DNA of 63,734 nt, filler included, from Octopus bimaculoides (GCF_001194135.2; 5 parts of 5 records of this genome joined end to end with filler, not necessarily neighbours in it); one strand, 5' to 3'. Positions 37,300 to 51,830 are shown, numbered from the whole stretch's first letter. Translations and numbers: made by a program. Notes: generated by a model from the letters alone, not told the origin.

Positions 37300-39060
37300 G
37301 TGTTGTCTCAAAAAATTAACTCTAAACAGACAGGTCCATCCCCTGATGTCAACGTCCAAGCGTGTAATGCCTCAATAACAACAAGGCAAAATACAAACCG
37401 GATCGGTCGTCCACCAAGTGCCACGTACACGAATGATGAACCAGTTTCGGTACGAGAAATCATTTACACGTTCAAATCTTCACGAAACACAGGAGCTGGA
37501 AGTACTCCACAAACGGAATATTCCAACAGATGGCTATCCAGGCTCGTCATCAAATAACCAAACGAGAAAGAATGATAAATGGTCTAAGGGATATAGTAAA
37601 GAAGTTCTTACAGCCTTCTACCATGCCATATGTTTCCCCACAAATAAATCTAATACTGAACAAACCTACTTAAACTGGAAACAGAAACACCTTGAAGTAA
37701 GACCCTCCATAGAAACAAATTTGCCAACATCAGAAGAAGCATTATGAAAAAGAAATTACAAACTGAATTAGAGATTGACCAAATTAAACAATCAGTAATG
37801 GATAAAACGGAGGAAGCTGCTGCTAAAGAAATAATTATAGACCAGTCCAGGCCTGATGGAAGCGCAATAATGATTGAAAGTGTTAATGTTACACATAAGC
37901 AAAGTGAAATACTCTCTGAAACAACAATAAACACTAAGGCAAATAAAAATAAAATAAGTGAAGAAAGTCACACAGAAATTGACGCAACAGAACTAGATGA
38001 TCTAAATAAATCAAACCATGACTGAATGGCTGGAAATTTAGAAACCAGTATGAATGAACGCGACACTCTCCCAAAAATTCGCAATTTTAACCAAATCCTG
38101 CAAGTAATTGGTAAAATCCGCCTTGCACTTAAGGGTATAATATCAGCGAATGATGTTGATGTTACAGATCCGTCAATGACCAATGATATTGGCAATTACC
38201 AACTATGATTTGAGGAAGAATGTTTCAACTATGCATAGTAGATTTAAAACTATTCGGAAAAGCAGGGCGTGAAGTAGATAGGCTGCTTGAGACAGTACAG
38301 ATGTGCAGCAAGGATATAGGAATGAGTTCGGGATCTCAAGGTGTGAGTCGTCCACTTTGAAACGGTGAAAAGAGAAGATGGTAGGGGTATTGAACCGCCA
38401 ACGAGAGAGCGAATGGGAGACCCGGATGATGATGGGTACAAGTACCTTGCGATCTTGGAGTTGGATAATGTTTTGCACAGAAAAATCAAAGACATATTTG
38501 AAGCGCCTCAAACTTCTCCTGAAGTAAAAACTCAGTCCATGTAACCTTGCAAATGCGGGTTGTTGTTCTAGTCCGCTCTAGTTCATCCATTCTGAAATGG
38601 ACATTAGCGGAAATTTGCGAACTCAATTGCTCTACTCGAAACACAATGACAGTGGTGTCCTCTACAATAGGGTGAACGTACAGAGGCTGTACGTGGATAG
38701 GTGTAAAGGTTGACGTGGCTTGATTAACGTAGGTAGTGAATCGACAAATGCAGGAAGATTGAATGTGAAGGAGACTGTGATAATGAACTCCAATCCTGAA
38801 TAGCTAACGAGAGAGAAGAAACACTATTCCGCATCAACTTATATGGTCAGCTTCAACGGAAAACTAAGACCTTGCAAGACCTGGAGACCTCATGGAGGTG
38901 GCTCGGCAAAGGTAATATTGAAAAGAAGACCTAATCATCCCTGCTCAGGCCCAGGCATTGAACACGAGCTCAGTGAAAAGGGATATATACCACACGATAT
39001 ACATGAAAATTTGAAGCAATCCAATCCCCGAGAATATTTAAACATTTCCGTCTCTCCAGC
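37300..39060 (+). mobile_element. Internally deleted, decayed R4/Dong-clade non-LTR retrotransposon
   Basis: The N-terminus reads KWSKGYSKEVLTAFYHA...TEQTYLNWKQKHLEVRP (R4/Dong type). After a deletion near 38200 come RT-thumb motifs LKLFGK...LLETVQM.SKDIGM, GYKYLAILE, RLYVDR.KG.RGL, then LYGQLQR...SWRWLGKG...AQAQALNT. Many stops and frameshifts. Confidence 0.85.
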
Positions 39061-39132
39061 GACCCACAATAGTGTTGGAGGACACGGCTCTGCCTCTGCA
39101 GACACCGAGTTGCAGGGAAAACTGCACCCAGT

Positions 39133-39552
39133 TGAAATTCCCTCTTCATTCTGCCTCGTATTGCCCTAGACCAATTGCAAATGAATAGATGACGATTAAA
39201 CCACGTTAGCGGCTATCAGTCATGTTATTCGTCATTTCTTGTAATATGTTATACATCGGTCAANNNNNNNNNNNNNNNNNNNNNNNNNNNNNNNNNNNNN
39301 NNNNNNNNNNNNNNNNNNNNNNNNNNNNNNNNNNNNNNNNNNNNNNNNNNNNNNNNNNNNNNNNNNNNNNNNNNNNNNNNNNNNNNNNNNNNNNNNNNNN
39401 NNNNNNNNNNNNNNNNNNNNNNTTGAAATTCCCTCTTCATTCTGCCTCGTATTGCCCTAGACCAATTGCAAATGAATAGATGACGATTAAACCACGTTAG
39501 CGGCTATCAGTCATGTTATTCGTCATTTCTTGTAATATGTTATACATCGGTC
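39133..39552. other. Exact ~130-bp duplication on both sides of an N gap (unmerged contig overlap)
   Basis: TTGAAATTCCCTCTTC...ACATCGGTCAA is present identically before (39133-39263) and after (39423-39553) the gap. Confidence 0.85.
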
Positions 39553-42443
39553 AACATCTGTTTTGAAACAAAATTAAATGTGTTTATTTTATAATACAGT
39601 GTTACGATATCACATTACATTCGTATTCATTCCGTGGGCATGAAGATATATGAACAGCTTATACTAAAAGGTAACAGATAATGTTAGCTCTGTAGTAAAA
39701 CTAGTTTTATATTTATTAACAATGACTGCCAAAATACTTAGCGCCGTTGTGTTTTATTATTAAAGATTCGCATTACGTAGCACGAATTAAACAGGGAAGC
39801 AATAAAATAGTTTTGAAATTCGGGAGCAATCAGTGAAGCATTTTTAAAACATATATAAATAACAATGTTTCCGATGTTCTGAGTCAGAATACTGATGGCA
39901 ATTTCACATTTTTTCTACAGCACCTATATTACTGAGTAAAAACTGATAAATAATCATATCTAATCCAAGTTCCCTTTCATACTAAACACAAAATTACGAT
40001 AATATGCATAGTACAAAGAAAACACTTTAAATACGGTGACTTTAAATATTGTGGGAAAATGAATATAAATGAATGCTTTTAATATATGCCATTAAATGAT
40101 ATACATCAGTATTAGATAAACAAGTAAACTACAAAATCGAAAATGATTATATTTATATACAAACATACGGTTTATGATAGTAAATCAGGACAGTAATGGA
40201 TAATTAAAAGAATTACAGAACATATTTGAGACGACTGAATTTTCATTCAGTGAAATTTTAAATAATCATCGTTGTTTCTGCGTTTGTTATGGTTATAATT
40301 TTAGTGCAACAAGGATTGTTAAGAGAACGGGGATGGTATCTTTTGAAAAAAACATTGAGGCTCCATATGTATCTACAGTTATCTCTTTTAAATTTAAATC
40401 ATTATAATAAAATTATATATATATGCTACATTTAAACATGCTTCGTAATAAATTATCAGAAAGGTGTAATATAGTAAGAAGATAACAAGCATGCTTATGT
40501 TTCAAGGCATTTTCATATTAATTAGAAATATATAAAGCAATGTGTTTCGAAGGAGCAATTCAAACTATGTCATCGACCTAATGGCCCGGAAGAATGAAAC
40601 ATATATTTTAATTTATTGCACACGTCAGTTTTTGAATGTTAAATAAAATAATTTCGGAATGTTTTATGTAATTATTCATTGTTATCACATATTATTCTGA
40701 AATCTAAACTTAAATATGAATAAGAAAAACATATAACCCCAGGGAAGAAGTAGTATGTAATATAGAAAATATCATGATATATCTAATTCTGTAAAAAGTT
40801 ATAAATAAAAGAGGATTTTCATTTCTTAGTTGCAAAATCATATTTTATCACCTAAATTTGATGCTTATCTTTGAAATATCGCAATGGGTTTTAGAATTAT
40901 CACATATTTATACAATGGAACAGGACAATATATTAACTGAATGTATAGAAGTGGGGGATTCACATTATTCAGAGAGTAAATCTATTCATGCTTTCGGCGA
41001 GTATCATGATTCTATAACGTTTATACGACGCAATGCGTTATACAGAGCATATACAAATTTAATACAAATAAATAAATAAATAAATAAAGCGGTAATATGC
41101 GCCTGAAATATACGTCTTATATACTTATTAATGATGTCTATTGGTGAATATGTTAAAAACATGCACTACAACATATTAAAAGAATTTAAACGACTTATAC
41201 AATGACAAAAAATTTAGAAATGTAAATCAAGAGCAACTAGCTCTGTAGCATCAGGGTAGCCTATATCTGTAACCACCTTTGACGGTTGGTACATTTCCCG
41301 TTTTTTAATCGTAATCACCTAATACTGGAATAGTCTTTATAAAATAACTATGATCTAGTACATCTTGACTCACGTGCCACATCCTCCTTCCTAATCAGTG
41401 TGCATTAAATATGTTCTATTTTAAGAATAGCAGCAGATGATGAAGGGTAGGGTGTTCAATTCGAACCATCACAACTTAAACAGCTTTAGTGACGAATCTT
41501 CATGACATATTACCTGCGTTTTGGTTTATTTAACTGTTAGATCTATGCTGCTGAATAATCTCTACGTCTTTCTCACCTGTCCAAAGCTTAATCATTACCG
41601 TATACGAGTATGTATTTCTAGATCTAATATGCTATTGGCTTTCTATAGCAGTATGAGTTCTCAAATGCTTTTCCGATCAAGTAGTCACGCTGACTACTTG
41701 ATAAATTCTTATAAAGAATTTATTCTATATTATGTTATAAATAATTAGAATATATTCAGTGCTGAATATCATTCTGTATAAGCACATGTTACCGAGATGC
41801 AACTGAATAAATTCAAATCTCTTTCATGGATATATAATTGTGAACAAAAGTCATCGTTGCTGTGATGGCTACATCGTGGTAGGTTGATTCTTGTTTATTT
41901 TTATATATCTTGACCATACGTGTACTGATGAACAAAAGAATACAGGTTACTTCACAGTTTTTTCTGTATTTGATTGAGAAACCAGTGGTCTACCGTTGAG
42001 TTAAATGTTTTTAAGAGATAAATTTTGAAAAGCTGCATTCCCTCGCTTTCGGTAAATATGGTGCTTATTTTTGGTAGTTTTTTTTTTACTTATTTAGTCC
42101 CTCGATAGCGTGAGGCATTANNNNNNNNNNNNNNNNNNNNNNNNNNNNNNNNNNNNNNNNNNNNNNNNNNNNNNNNNNNNNNNNNNNNNNNNNNNNNNNN
42201 NNNNNNNNNNNNNNNNNNNNNNNNNNNNNNNNNNNNNNNNNNNNNNNNNNNNNNNNNNNNNNNNNNNNNNNNNNNNNNNNNNNNNNNNNNNNNNNNNNNN
42301 NNNNNNNNNNNNNNNNNNNNNNNNNNNNNNNNNNNNNNNNNNNNNNNNNNNNNNNNNNNNNNNNNNNNNNNNNNNNNNNNNNNNNNNNNNNNNNNNNNNN
42401 NNNNNNNNNNNNNNNNNNNNNNNNNNNNNNNNNNNNNNNNNNN

Positions 42444-42517
<74 letters not shown>

Positions 42518-43763
42518 GTGTGTGTGTGCGTGTGTGTGTGTATGTGCTCGTGCGCATTCGTATGTTAATCCCTGTTCGATAACAATACATACATAGTGCA
42601 CGAAATATACGTCCAATGTTTCAAGAAATATACATTAAAAGCAAATTCAGATAATTTTGTTACATTACAGAATTCTTAATTTTATGTTTATTACTTTAAA
42701 ATAACTGCCGTTTTAATGGTTAACCACACAAGCAAGTGGAAGTTTACAGTAGGTGCCTTTCTTTTTATTTACTTATCTTTATGTATACCGTATGAGTCAG
42801 CCTTATCAATAGCATTTTGAAGCCTCTGATAAGATTTCAGAAAAAAAAAATTATAAAATTATAAAGGCATGATATTTATGAAAAATTGGACTGCGATTTG
42901 CATTGTAAAATTACTAAATCACAATATGCTTTATAAATGTCTCTCGACAATACTTGAAACGCAATTGCTTCAGTCGCAGAATAGAACGTTTATTCTTCCT
43001 TAGAATATGCACGAAATTCACTTAATAATTCTGTTTATACCAAAATAACGTTATCTTCCTTTACAATCAAATGTCAACAGACAAGATTTCCTGTTTCGGG
43101 AAACTATTCGTAAATTAAACAGAAACTTTAAATAAAGTCGTGCATAGTTGGAATGGATCAGTTACTCTAACATATATTTCAATTACCATCCGTGTTATTT
43201 TACACATCGTGATAGGATGTTATATTCGAAACTTAGAGAATACGTATCGTGAACGTTTCAGATATGTAACAAAAATAAGTATTTACATGACACATTGATT
43301 CCGGACGAATTACTGTTATTTACCGGGAAGATGCCAGAACATACGTTAATACGAAACATCTGCGCTTTGTTCCCAACTTTCAGCGTCCATAAATTCTAAA
43401 TTTTACTTTAGAATTTATAGCTACAACTGTGTTTCAAGACTCATATTGTCGTTGAATGCTCGAAATGAAGAGTAGATAGACAGCCGACAACTGATGAAGG
43501 GTCGTTTCTCTGTCTTTACTTGTCCTGATCTCCATTTGTTTCTCACGTTGGTTACGGATTTAATTCATTTGTCTACGTATTTCATTAGCCATATATTATT
43601 TTATATTATATATATTATAATATACATGTTATTTTTTATGATATATACATATATGTATATTATATTTTATTATTATTATATATATATATATNNNNNNNNN
43701 NNNNNNNNNNNNNNNNNNNNNNNNNNNNNNNNTATATATTATTATATATATATATTTCATTAC

Positions 43764-43808
<45 letters not shown>

Positions 43809-45769
43809 CGCGTGTGTGTGTGACGCAAAGTAAAGGCAGATATCTTACGACCCACTCGGAAAAATCTTGACTTGATACCCGGCCTCCAATGGTAATAAAC
43901 ATTTCCAATCTCTTCTAATAAACAATTAAACCCTACTCCCTTCGAATAGTAAATACTGAATTCCCTTCAAAGTAATTTATGTAGAATATATCGTATGTTA
44001 CCAAGATGTAATAATAAAAAATGTAGAGTTATATCAACATTTTATATATGTTCCCTTTTAGTTTGATTAAATAATTATCTCATAGATGTTTATGAAACCA
44101 AACCAATGTATACCATCAAGGAAGGAAATATCTCCGTACAATAATCTCCGACGCCTGTTTCTGCCGAATAACTTTCTTAGTCTCTTTTGATGTAATAGTT
44201 TCCACATTCATTTATATTAAAGCGTCTCAAATGATTTGATCTGTTCTCTTTTTGAATTCATGTCATTATGCTCTGTGCATAAAAGAAAGTCCATTCACTT
44301 CATTCAACACTTCATTGTTTCTACCAATACACCACATAGAGAATAGGCATGATTATACCGGAGTGTTCGCTCGAAGTTGCGAAATAATAATGGGTAACTA
44401 AAAAATATATATTTAAATATATATAAAATATATATATTTAAATATATATATTTAAAACATGTTATACTATACTCTTAGACGTGGAAAGCCAAAACCAGTT
44501 TCTTGAATTATATTAGTGTTATGAATAACAGATTCAGTTTAGTTATTAAATTAATTGTAACGCTTATAGCTACGAGAAGAAAATAGCCAGCCATAATTTC
44601 CCTTCACCTTTAACTGAATTGCCCAATTATTCATGCGACCACTTTAAATTGATTAATATATTCAAATATCTACGGAATTGTTATACCATTATTTAGGTAA
44701 AGTAAAACTTTTAAAGAAATACCAATGTCCTAAATCAGACCTCATTCAAAATATGTTCATTATAGTTTTGAATTTATTCAAGGTATATTAGAATTATTTA
44801 AAATGTTCTGATATGAAAACACTTCGGAGAACAATTGTCTGGATCCGTGACTCTATTTAAATTGTCTCCAGTTTGAGTATATTATCGAATCATGTAAATA
44901 TTAGGCTAAAAATGGAATTTGTTAAAACAGATATATTACCTTAAAACCCACTGACAAAGAATACAAAATATTTTATAATACAATTTCAGGAATGCATAAT
45001 CATGAATGCTCTCCAATTTTAGGAAAAATTATCTTGCGTATCTGCATTCCCCACTCTCGAATTTCCGTGTTGGTGTGTGTTAAAGACTTGTAATAATTGA
45101 ATACTTTGTGCAAAATATATATCATTTCCGTTATCTGTTGAAAGTCATGTTAAATCAAAGCTGAATTTTAGTGCTAATGTAAATTTCTTCGAAGTGAGCC
45201 AATAACAATATCAAGACAAATATATAGTTTCCTAACAACTAACAGTTATCTGAACTACAATTCTATAAATATAAACCAATTAATTGCAAACGTAAACTAA
45301 ATTTTATTTTCCAAAATTTATCCGGTAATGTATTCGAAGTAATTTTGAACTTTATAATATATTTCAAGTCATTCAAATATTTATTTACGATTAATGTACA
45401 GAGATATTTCCTTCCTTGATGGTATACATTGGTTTGGTTTCATAAACATCTATGAGATAATTATTTAATCAAACTAAAAGGGAACATATATAAAATGTCA
45501 ATTGATTTATGTTTTGAATTAAGATATTCTACTCTATCGAAGTGGTAACATCACAAATCTAGTATTATTTCTATCTGGTGTGGTATATTCTTCATCCTTC
45601 ACCCATCAACAATCGATTTCTTTTCAAATATTGTCGTGGTGTAAATTATGATACTGTAACTTTTGTTGGATAATGTTATAAAATTCGTACACGTTAAGGT
45701 CGAAAAGAGGTTATCTACTTCTAACGATAAACGGCACACCGGCGTAACATATGTATGTATGAGAGTACA

Positions 45770-45935
45770 TACATACTGTCATACATACATACATACATAC
45801 ATACATGCATGCATACATACACATACATGCATGCATACACACATACATGCATACATACACATACATACATGCATACATACATACATGCATGCATACATGC
45901 ACATACATGCACATACATGCATACATACATACATA
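45770..45935. repeat. (ATAC)n/(ATGC)n compound microsatellite
   Basis: Direct reading; source of the HTYIH and MYVCM ORFs. Confidence 0.9.
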
Positions 45936-46627
45936 AGTTAGGGGTTGGGTTGCTCCTGATTAATATCTAAATATAATGACTTAATCCAAATTTTATTTTC
46001 TGCATTATACTTGTTTTTCATCTGTAGAGTTTCTAATAGGAAATTCTTTCTACATCATCTCATGATAATTTGTGAAATTTTTTTTTTGATTCAAGTACTC
46101 CTAGCCGACGTACAGTTATAACTGTTTAAATGCTTGTAGTTAAGCGTTTATTCTCATTTTAAGTTTCTTATATCGTTGTTATATTTTATTCTTCCTAAGA
46201 AAGTTATATATCTGCTGGTATTTTTTGATTTTGATTCCAAGTACATGTCACGCAGCTCCTTGTCTCTGACACAATAATCTGTTCCACATCATTTATGTGA
46301 TAACGATTTCGGACGTTACATTATACATTTCATTCGTAAAATATATCGTTTGCATAGTTTACAGTGTTCTGTTGTTGCTGGTATCAAAGTATGCGTAGTA
46401 GCAGTTTCTGCATTGTTTGAAGCAATTATGCAGTCAATATTTTTTCTATTTCATCCATGTGAAAACAAATCCTTTCTTCCATTTCTTGAATTTTAGTAAT
46501 GGATCTGTGAGTCGCATGTCTCTTTTCCCTAGTATAGCATGCACTTTTGATAGCGTATACCGATTACGATTTTCATGGTTAGTCATTGAAAAAAAGGTTT
46601 TAGGTGGCACCTACACAGGTGAACGTG

Positions 46628-46664
<37 letters not shown>

Positions 46665-46674
46665 NNNNNNNNNN

Positions 46675-46714
<40 letters not shown>

Positions 46715-46719
46715 AAGAC

Positions 46720-47172
46720 AATATTAAATAGTGCAATACAACATTATTGCTTCCCAGTAAAACAAATCAGCATCAGTTTAAATATAAATAAGATAGTGGT
46801 ACAAAAATGCACCACAATTTAGCGACATTTGATAATTTTCTCGGTGAATCTAGCCGATGAGAACTAATGAAATTTACGTTGAAAACGTAATCTGAAAAGT
46901 TCGAAACCTAAGTCCTAGATTATCCACATCTCGGTTATACATTTATTTAATGTTCTTCCTACAGGTAAGATGGATTTTTTAAATTTTCACCGCCCTCAAA
47001 CATTTTCGCCAGTATATTTATATAGGGAAGCATTACTATAACGTTGTATATTATCGACTGCTATTTCCAGTAAATGTTGGTGCATTGTTGTACCACTATC
47101 GTATTTATACATCTGCCTGATGGTGCTTTCTTTAATCGGAAGCAATACTACTATATTGCACTATTTAATATT
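46720..47172. repeat. Foldback structure with ~95-bp imperfect inverted arms (MITE-like)
   Basis: 46720-46814 is the reverse complement of 47078-47172 (for example AATATTAAATAGTGCAATA and AGATAGTGGTACAAAAATGCACCA). About 263 bp lie between the arms. Confidence 0.7.
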
Positions 47173-47252
47173 TTTTTTCTTTGCAAACCTTTTCACTGTT
47201 CTCGGTCTGTTAACGGCTAGGCGTTTCAGACGTGTAAATACTGGCATTGATG

Positions 47253-47531
47253 TAGCGACATTTGAGATTTTGTCTTGCTGAATCTAGCCGGTAGGAACTA
47301 ATCAAATATACGTTAAGAAACGTATGGCAATTTGGAGACCTAGCTCCTAGATTATCCACATCTGGGCTATCCATTTATTTACTAACCTTCCAACAAGTAT
47401 GATGATATTTTTTATGTTCGCCGCCCGCAAACATTTTTGCCAGTATATTCATACAGTGAAGCGTTACTCTAGCGTCGCATGTTATCGATCGCTATTTCCA
47501 GTAAATTTTGGTACATTGTTGTACAACTATC
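47253..47531. repeat. Diverged direct copy of 46820-47100
   Basis: Shared blocks TAGCGACATTTGA, GAATCTAGCCG, TCCTAGATTATCCACATCT, CCAGTATATT and CTATTTCCAGTAAAT, at an offset of about 431 bp. Confidence 0.85.
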
Positions 47532-48190
47532 TTAGCGTATGTGCGTGTGTAAATATGAGTGTGTTTTAGTATGCTCATACAAATATATTAACAGCCATAG
47601 TCATCTACATAAATTAAACTATGATGTATATACTATAACCAGGTTCAAGTATGAGATTTGTAACACAAATATCGTATGACATATCGTAAGGAGTAATAAC
47701 CAATTCCTTAGGTTGCGAGAGTGACATAAATATATTAAAACGAACATATTTAACATATTCAGTTTCATGTATGGCAGGTTGTTGTTAAAATATTTCTGAA
47801 CTTTGAGTGCATTATACTATAGTAATTAAAATAGTTTGCAAGCTTTATGATTATATTTAAAAAAAAAATTGTATTCCAACGAATGTTGATTATTCTCATA
47901 AAATATATTATTTTCGCACCCGTGAGTCGGCAAGAGTACTTTCATACATATCACGACAAGATGAGTGAATCACAAAATTGTAATATCACCTTCTAAAGAT
48001 GGAACGATATCGGTGTAACGACGATCTCCCACGAGGTATCTTCCATACTGAAGAGATATATGCGTGTGTTTCTGTACACATATATTTATATATGCATCTC
48101 TCCATATAAAATTCGATAGACATGTGGAAGTGTCTCTCTCTTTTTCTCTATCTCTCTCTGTCATTCTCTTTCTTCGTATACACCCCCCCC

Positions 48191-48237
<47 letters not shown>

Positions 48238-49583
48238 AGTACATACAAATATAAATACATACGTAGATACACACACAGGCACACACATACCTATAAATAT
48301 AATAAATATATGTATATATCTATATATATAGAAAATGTTTTACTCATTAGACTTAAATGGACAGTGGTGATTCATTAATGAATGAAATCAACCTGAGGAT
48401 ATTCAAGAAGAATGAAGACACTTTTTTTTTGTTGCTGGACATTTAATTTGTGGAAACGCCAAGGAAACCGTATGTATGTATGTATGTATGTATGTATGTA
48501 TGTATGTATGTATGTATGTATGTATGTAGGTATGTATGTATGTGTGTGTATGTACGTATGTATGTATGTATGTATGTTTGTGTGTATACTTCCACACATA
48601 CATGATTCTAATTCTTCTTAAAATAAAACATAATAAGAATATGTGAACATTAAAATAATTTTTTTAAGATCAATTCTCAGAGAACGTATTTAAACGGAAA
48701 TAAATAAAAGTTATGCAATTTGATAGCAACGTAGAAAATAAATTGCATCAACCAAGATCGGAAATTAAAACGTCCCTTTCTGTGAAATACGACTGCAAAA
48801 ATTACATTAAAATATGCATCTGAAATATGATTTCCCTTGAATGTAGAGTTCAATAATTAATTTCCAAGTGTGAGAAATGTAAGTTATTTACAATATTAAT
48901 TTTTCTCTATCGAAATCATTCATTATTTGTAAGTTGAAATACACCCCAGGGAATATTTGTTAGAACCTTCGTAAATATAAGATACGATTTAATATTAATA
49001 TTTATTTAGTAATGAAATTTCAAATTAGTTATTTTGAATACTCATTTCAACAACTAAGAAGAGTTTCTTCCAAAACAAAAAAAATCATGGATCTATACAC
49101 ATACGCACACGCACATGGACACACATTCGTACAAGAACACATACACAAACACAAAGACAAATAAACACACAAAAAAACACACATACAAACGAGGGCAATC
49201 ACATGTATATCACAATGCACAGGTCAGCAGGCTGATACTTGAAGAACGCACGTCCTGTAATAGTGCATGTTGCAGGTACTCTGGTAAAAAGTATTAAATA
49301 AATTCTTCTGTCTGGTGCTACATGGAATTTATACATGTGTTATTTGCCATAAAAACAAAGGTTTATATATATTTATGTCTCAAGATACTGCTACCTAGAA
49401 TCTTCGGATGATCTCTACTCAACCGCTACACAACAGCTACTCAACTGTCACTCAACTCCCCTACCACCCGCAGACTACCTTTATTTCTATGTCTTGGGCG
49501 ATCCTACATCTTCGCTTGGGAGCGTCGACACAACAATATTATCATAAAAAACATACATAAATTTATATATACATATACATATA

Positions 49584-49683
49584 NNNNNNNNNNNNNNNNN
49601 NNNNNNNNNNNNNNNNNNNNNNNNNNNTTAATTAATTAANNNNNNNNNNNNNNNNNNNNNNNNNNNNNNNNNNNNNNNNNNNN
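49584..49683. other. Artificial scaffold linker
   Basis: 44 N + TTAATTAATTAA + 44 N. Confidence 0.9.
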
Positions 49684-50959
49684 CACCCCCGCACGCATAC
49701 ACACTCACATATACACGGGTGAAAGTGAAAATACGTACATCTCATCCTGCAACCCCACGACTATGTCCGCGTCCTACCGTTCTGCTCCATAGCCTTATCC
49801 TCTTCCTCCTCCCCTTCGTCACCACCAATACCACCACTTCCACCACAGTGTCAACTCAAGAAGCTATACAAGCTTTATAATCCTCTCCAACGAGGCCTAC
49901 TTCTACACATCGCACCAACGTTTCCTTCTGTTGACAGGTCACAGCCAGTGCTTTTGATTTCAGCGTTTGGAATCACCTACAGGAACTATTTCTACCTGTA
50001 TTTTATTCTCTGTCTCTCTCTCTCTCTCTGTCTCCNNNNNNNNNNNNNNNNNNNNNNNNNNNNNNNNNNNNNNNNNNNNNNNNNNNNNNNNNNNNNNNNN
50101 NNNNNNNNNNNNNNNNNNNNNNNNNNNNNNNNNNNNNNNNNNNNNNNNNNNNNNNNNNNNNNNNNNNNNNNNNNNNNNNNNNNNNNNNNNNNNNNNNNNN
50201 NNNNNNNNNNNNNNNNNNNNNNNNNNNNNNNNNNNNNNNNNNNNNNNNNNNNNNNNNNNNNNNNNNNNNNNNNNNNNNNNNNNNNNNNNNNNNNNNNNNN
50301 NNNNNNNNNNNNNNNNNNNNNNNNNNNNNNNNNNNNNNNNNNNNNNNNNNNNNNNNNNNNNNNNNNNNNNNNNNNNNNNNNNNNNNNNNNNNNNNNNNNN
50401 NNNNNNNNNNNNNNNNNNNNNNNNNNNNNNNNNNNNNNNNNNNNNNNNNNNNNNNNNNNNNNNNNNNNNNNNNNNNNNNNNNNNNNNNNNNNNNNNNNNN
50501 NNNNNNNNNNNNNNNNNNNNNNNNNNNNNNNNNNNNNNNNNNNNNNNNNNNNNNNNNNNNNNNNNNNNNNNNNNNNNNNNNNNNNNNNNNNNNNNNNNNN
50601 NNNNNNNNNNNNNNNNNNNNNNNNNNNNNNNNNNNNNNNNNNNNNNNNNNNNNNNNNNNNNNNNNNNNNNNNNNNNNNNNNNNNNNNNNNNNNNNNNNNN
50701 NNNNNNNNNNNTAATAAATGAGTATATGCATATATACGTACAGGTATGTGCATACCTACATCCACCTGTATGTATAGGTGCATATCTGGGTACAGGACAT
50801 TGCAAACAAATCGTAGACAAGAAAATAATGATAATCAGAGGACAGAAAACACACAAGCCACATAGAGAACATTTTCCTTTATCAGCTACCCCCGTTTTAA
50901 CACCGGCGTTATGCCATATCAGTGTAAACTTAAGCGCGATACATTCAAATATGTTTTTA

Positions 50960-51165
50960 TTTTATAGTTTCGGTCACGTCATCCGACGCTACGCGTTGAA
51001 ACTGGGCCAGTTACACTTTCGCAAAATCGAGTCTGTGAGTGACCAGGTCTTTGTCGTATGGCGAAAACTTAGCCACTTCATGAAACGAATGAAAAAGAAA
51101 ATGAAGGAATATAATATATTTTGTGTGGTTAAGATGGCGGAAATATTTATTTCATGAGGTAATTG
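50960..51165 (+). promoter_or_regulatory. Candidate promoter or first exon (CpG-rich patch, CRE/E-box-like motif, YY1-like motif, 5' splice site)
   Basis: 10 CpG in about 100 bp (50968-51065) within AT-rich DNA, GTCACGTCA, AAGATGGCGG at 51131-51140, and GAG|GTAATT at 51159. Motifs only. Confidence 0.25.
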
Positions 51166-51797
51166 CTGCATTTTATGTAATTTACACACACATACACACA
51201 CACACAAATATATTTCTATTTGTATACATGTCTTATTATGCATCTGTGTGGATAAGTAATATCCATAGGTCCAACCAAGAGATATGAATATTCCTCTCGC
51301 TCCCTTTCGCACCTTCCCCCTCCTCTCTCCTTCTCTCTCCGCTTTAAATACATATGTGTGACTGCGTGCATACGCATACAAATATATACACATATACATA
51401 CAGTTGTATGTTTTAGTTATATATATATATATACACATACATACATATATATATAACCATGTATGTATACATACAAAATATGCATATATACAAACACCCT
51501 TATATATATATATATAAATATATATATGCGTATATATACGTATGTAGGTATGTATGTATGTATCTATGCATGTATACATTCATGCAGATCAGTATGAACA
51601 CATGCACGCATACAGAGGTGTGTGTTGATATGTTAAATGTAAGGATGTCTCTTTATAAATACATATACGTTTGTAAAAATCTATATATAAATATATACAT
51701 ATATATGTATATGTATATATATATAAAGTATATGTATATATATATATATATATAGACACACACGTACACACACACATATATATATATACATACATAC

Positions 51798-51830
<33 letters not shown>

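Noticed and set aside
39133-39552. Apparent direct repeat or TSD at the end of the R4/Dong element
   Set aside because: The copies are identical and abut an N gap, which indicates an unmerged overlap. The same applies to the short echoes at 34650-34700 and 59860-59930.
40858-41079. 73-aa ORF in the repeat-poor 39.6-46 kb block
   Set aside because: No recognisable motif or splice signals, and the length is within chance expectation. I found no supportable exon in this block.
46941-46970. Recursive splice site (TTCTTCCTACAG|GTAAGA)
   Set aside because: The motif is good but lies in a duplicated or foldback repeat, the paralogous copy lacks the AG|GT, and no host gene is evident. It could be revisited with nascent RNA-seq.
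49690-50030. C-rich segment possibly from a Penelope LTR (GAAACGTTGGT on the minus strand)
   Set aside because: No CTGANGA core at the right distance, and it is flanked by gaps, so it cannot be assigned.
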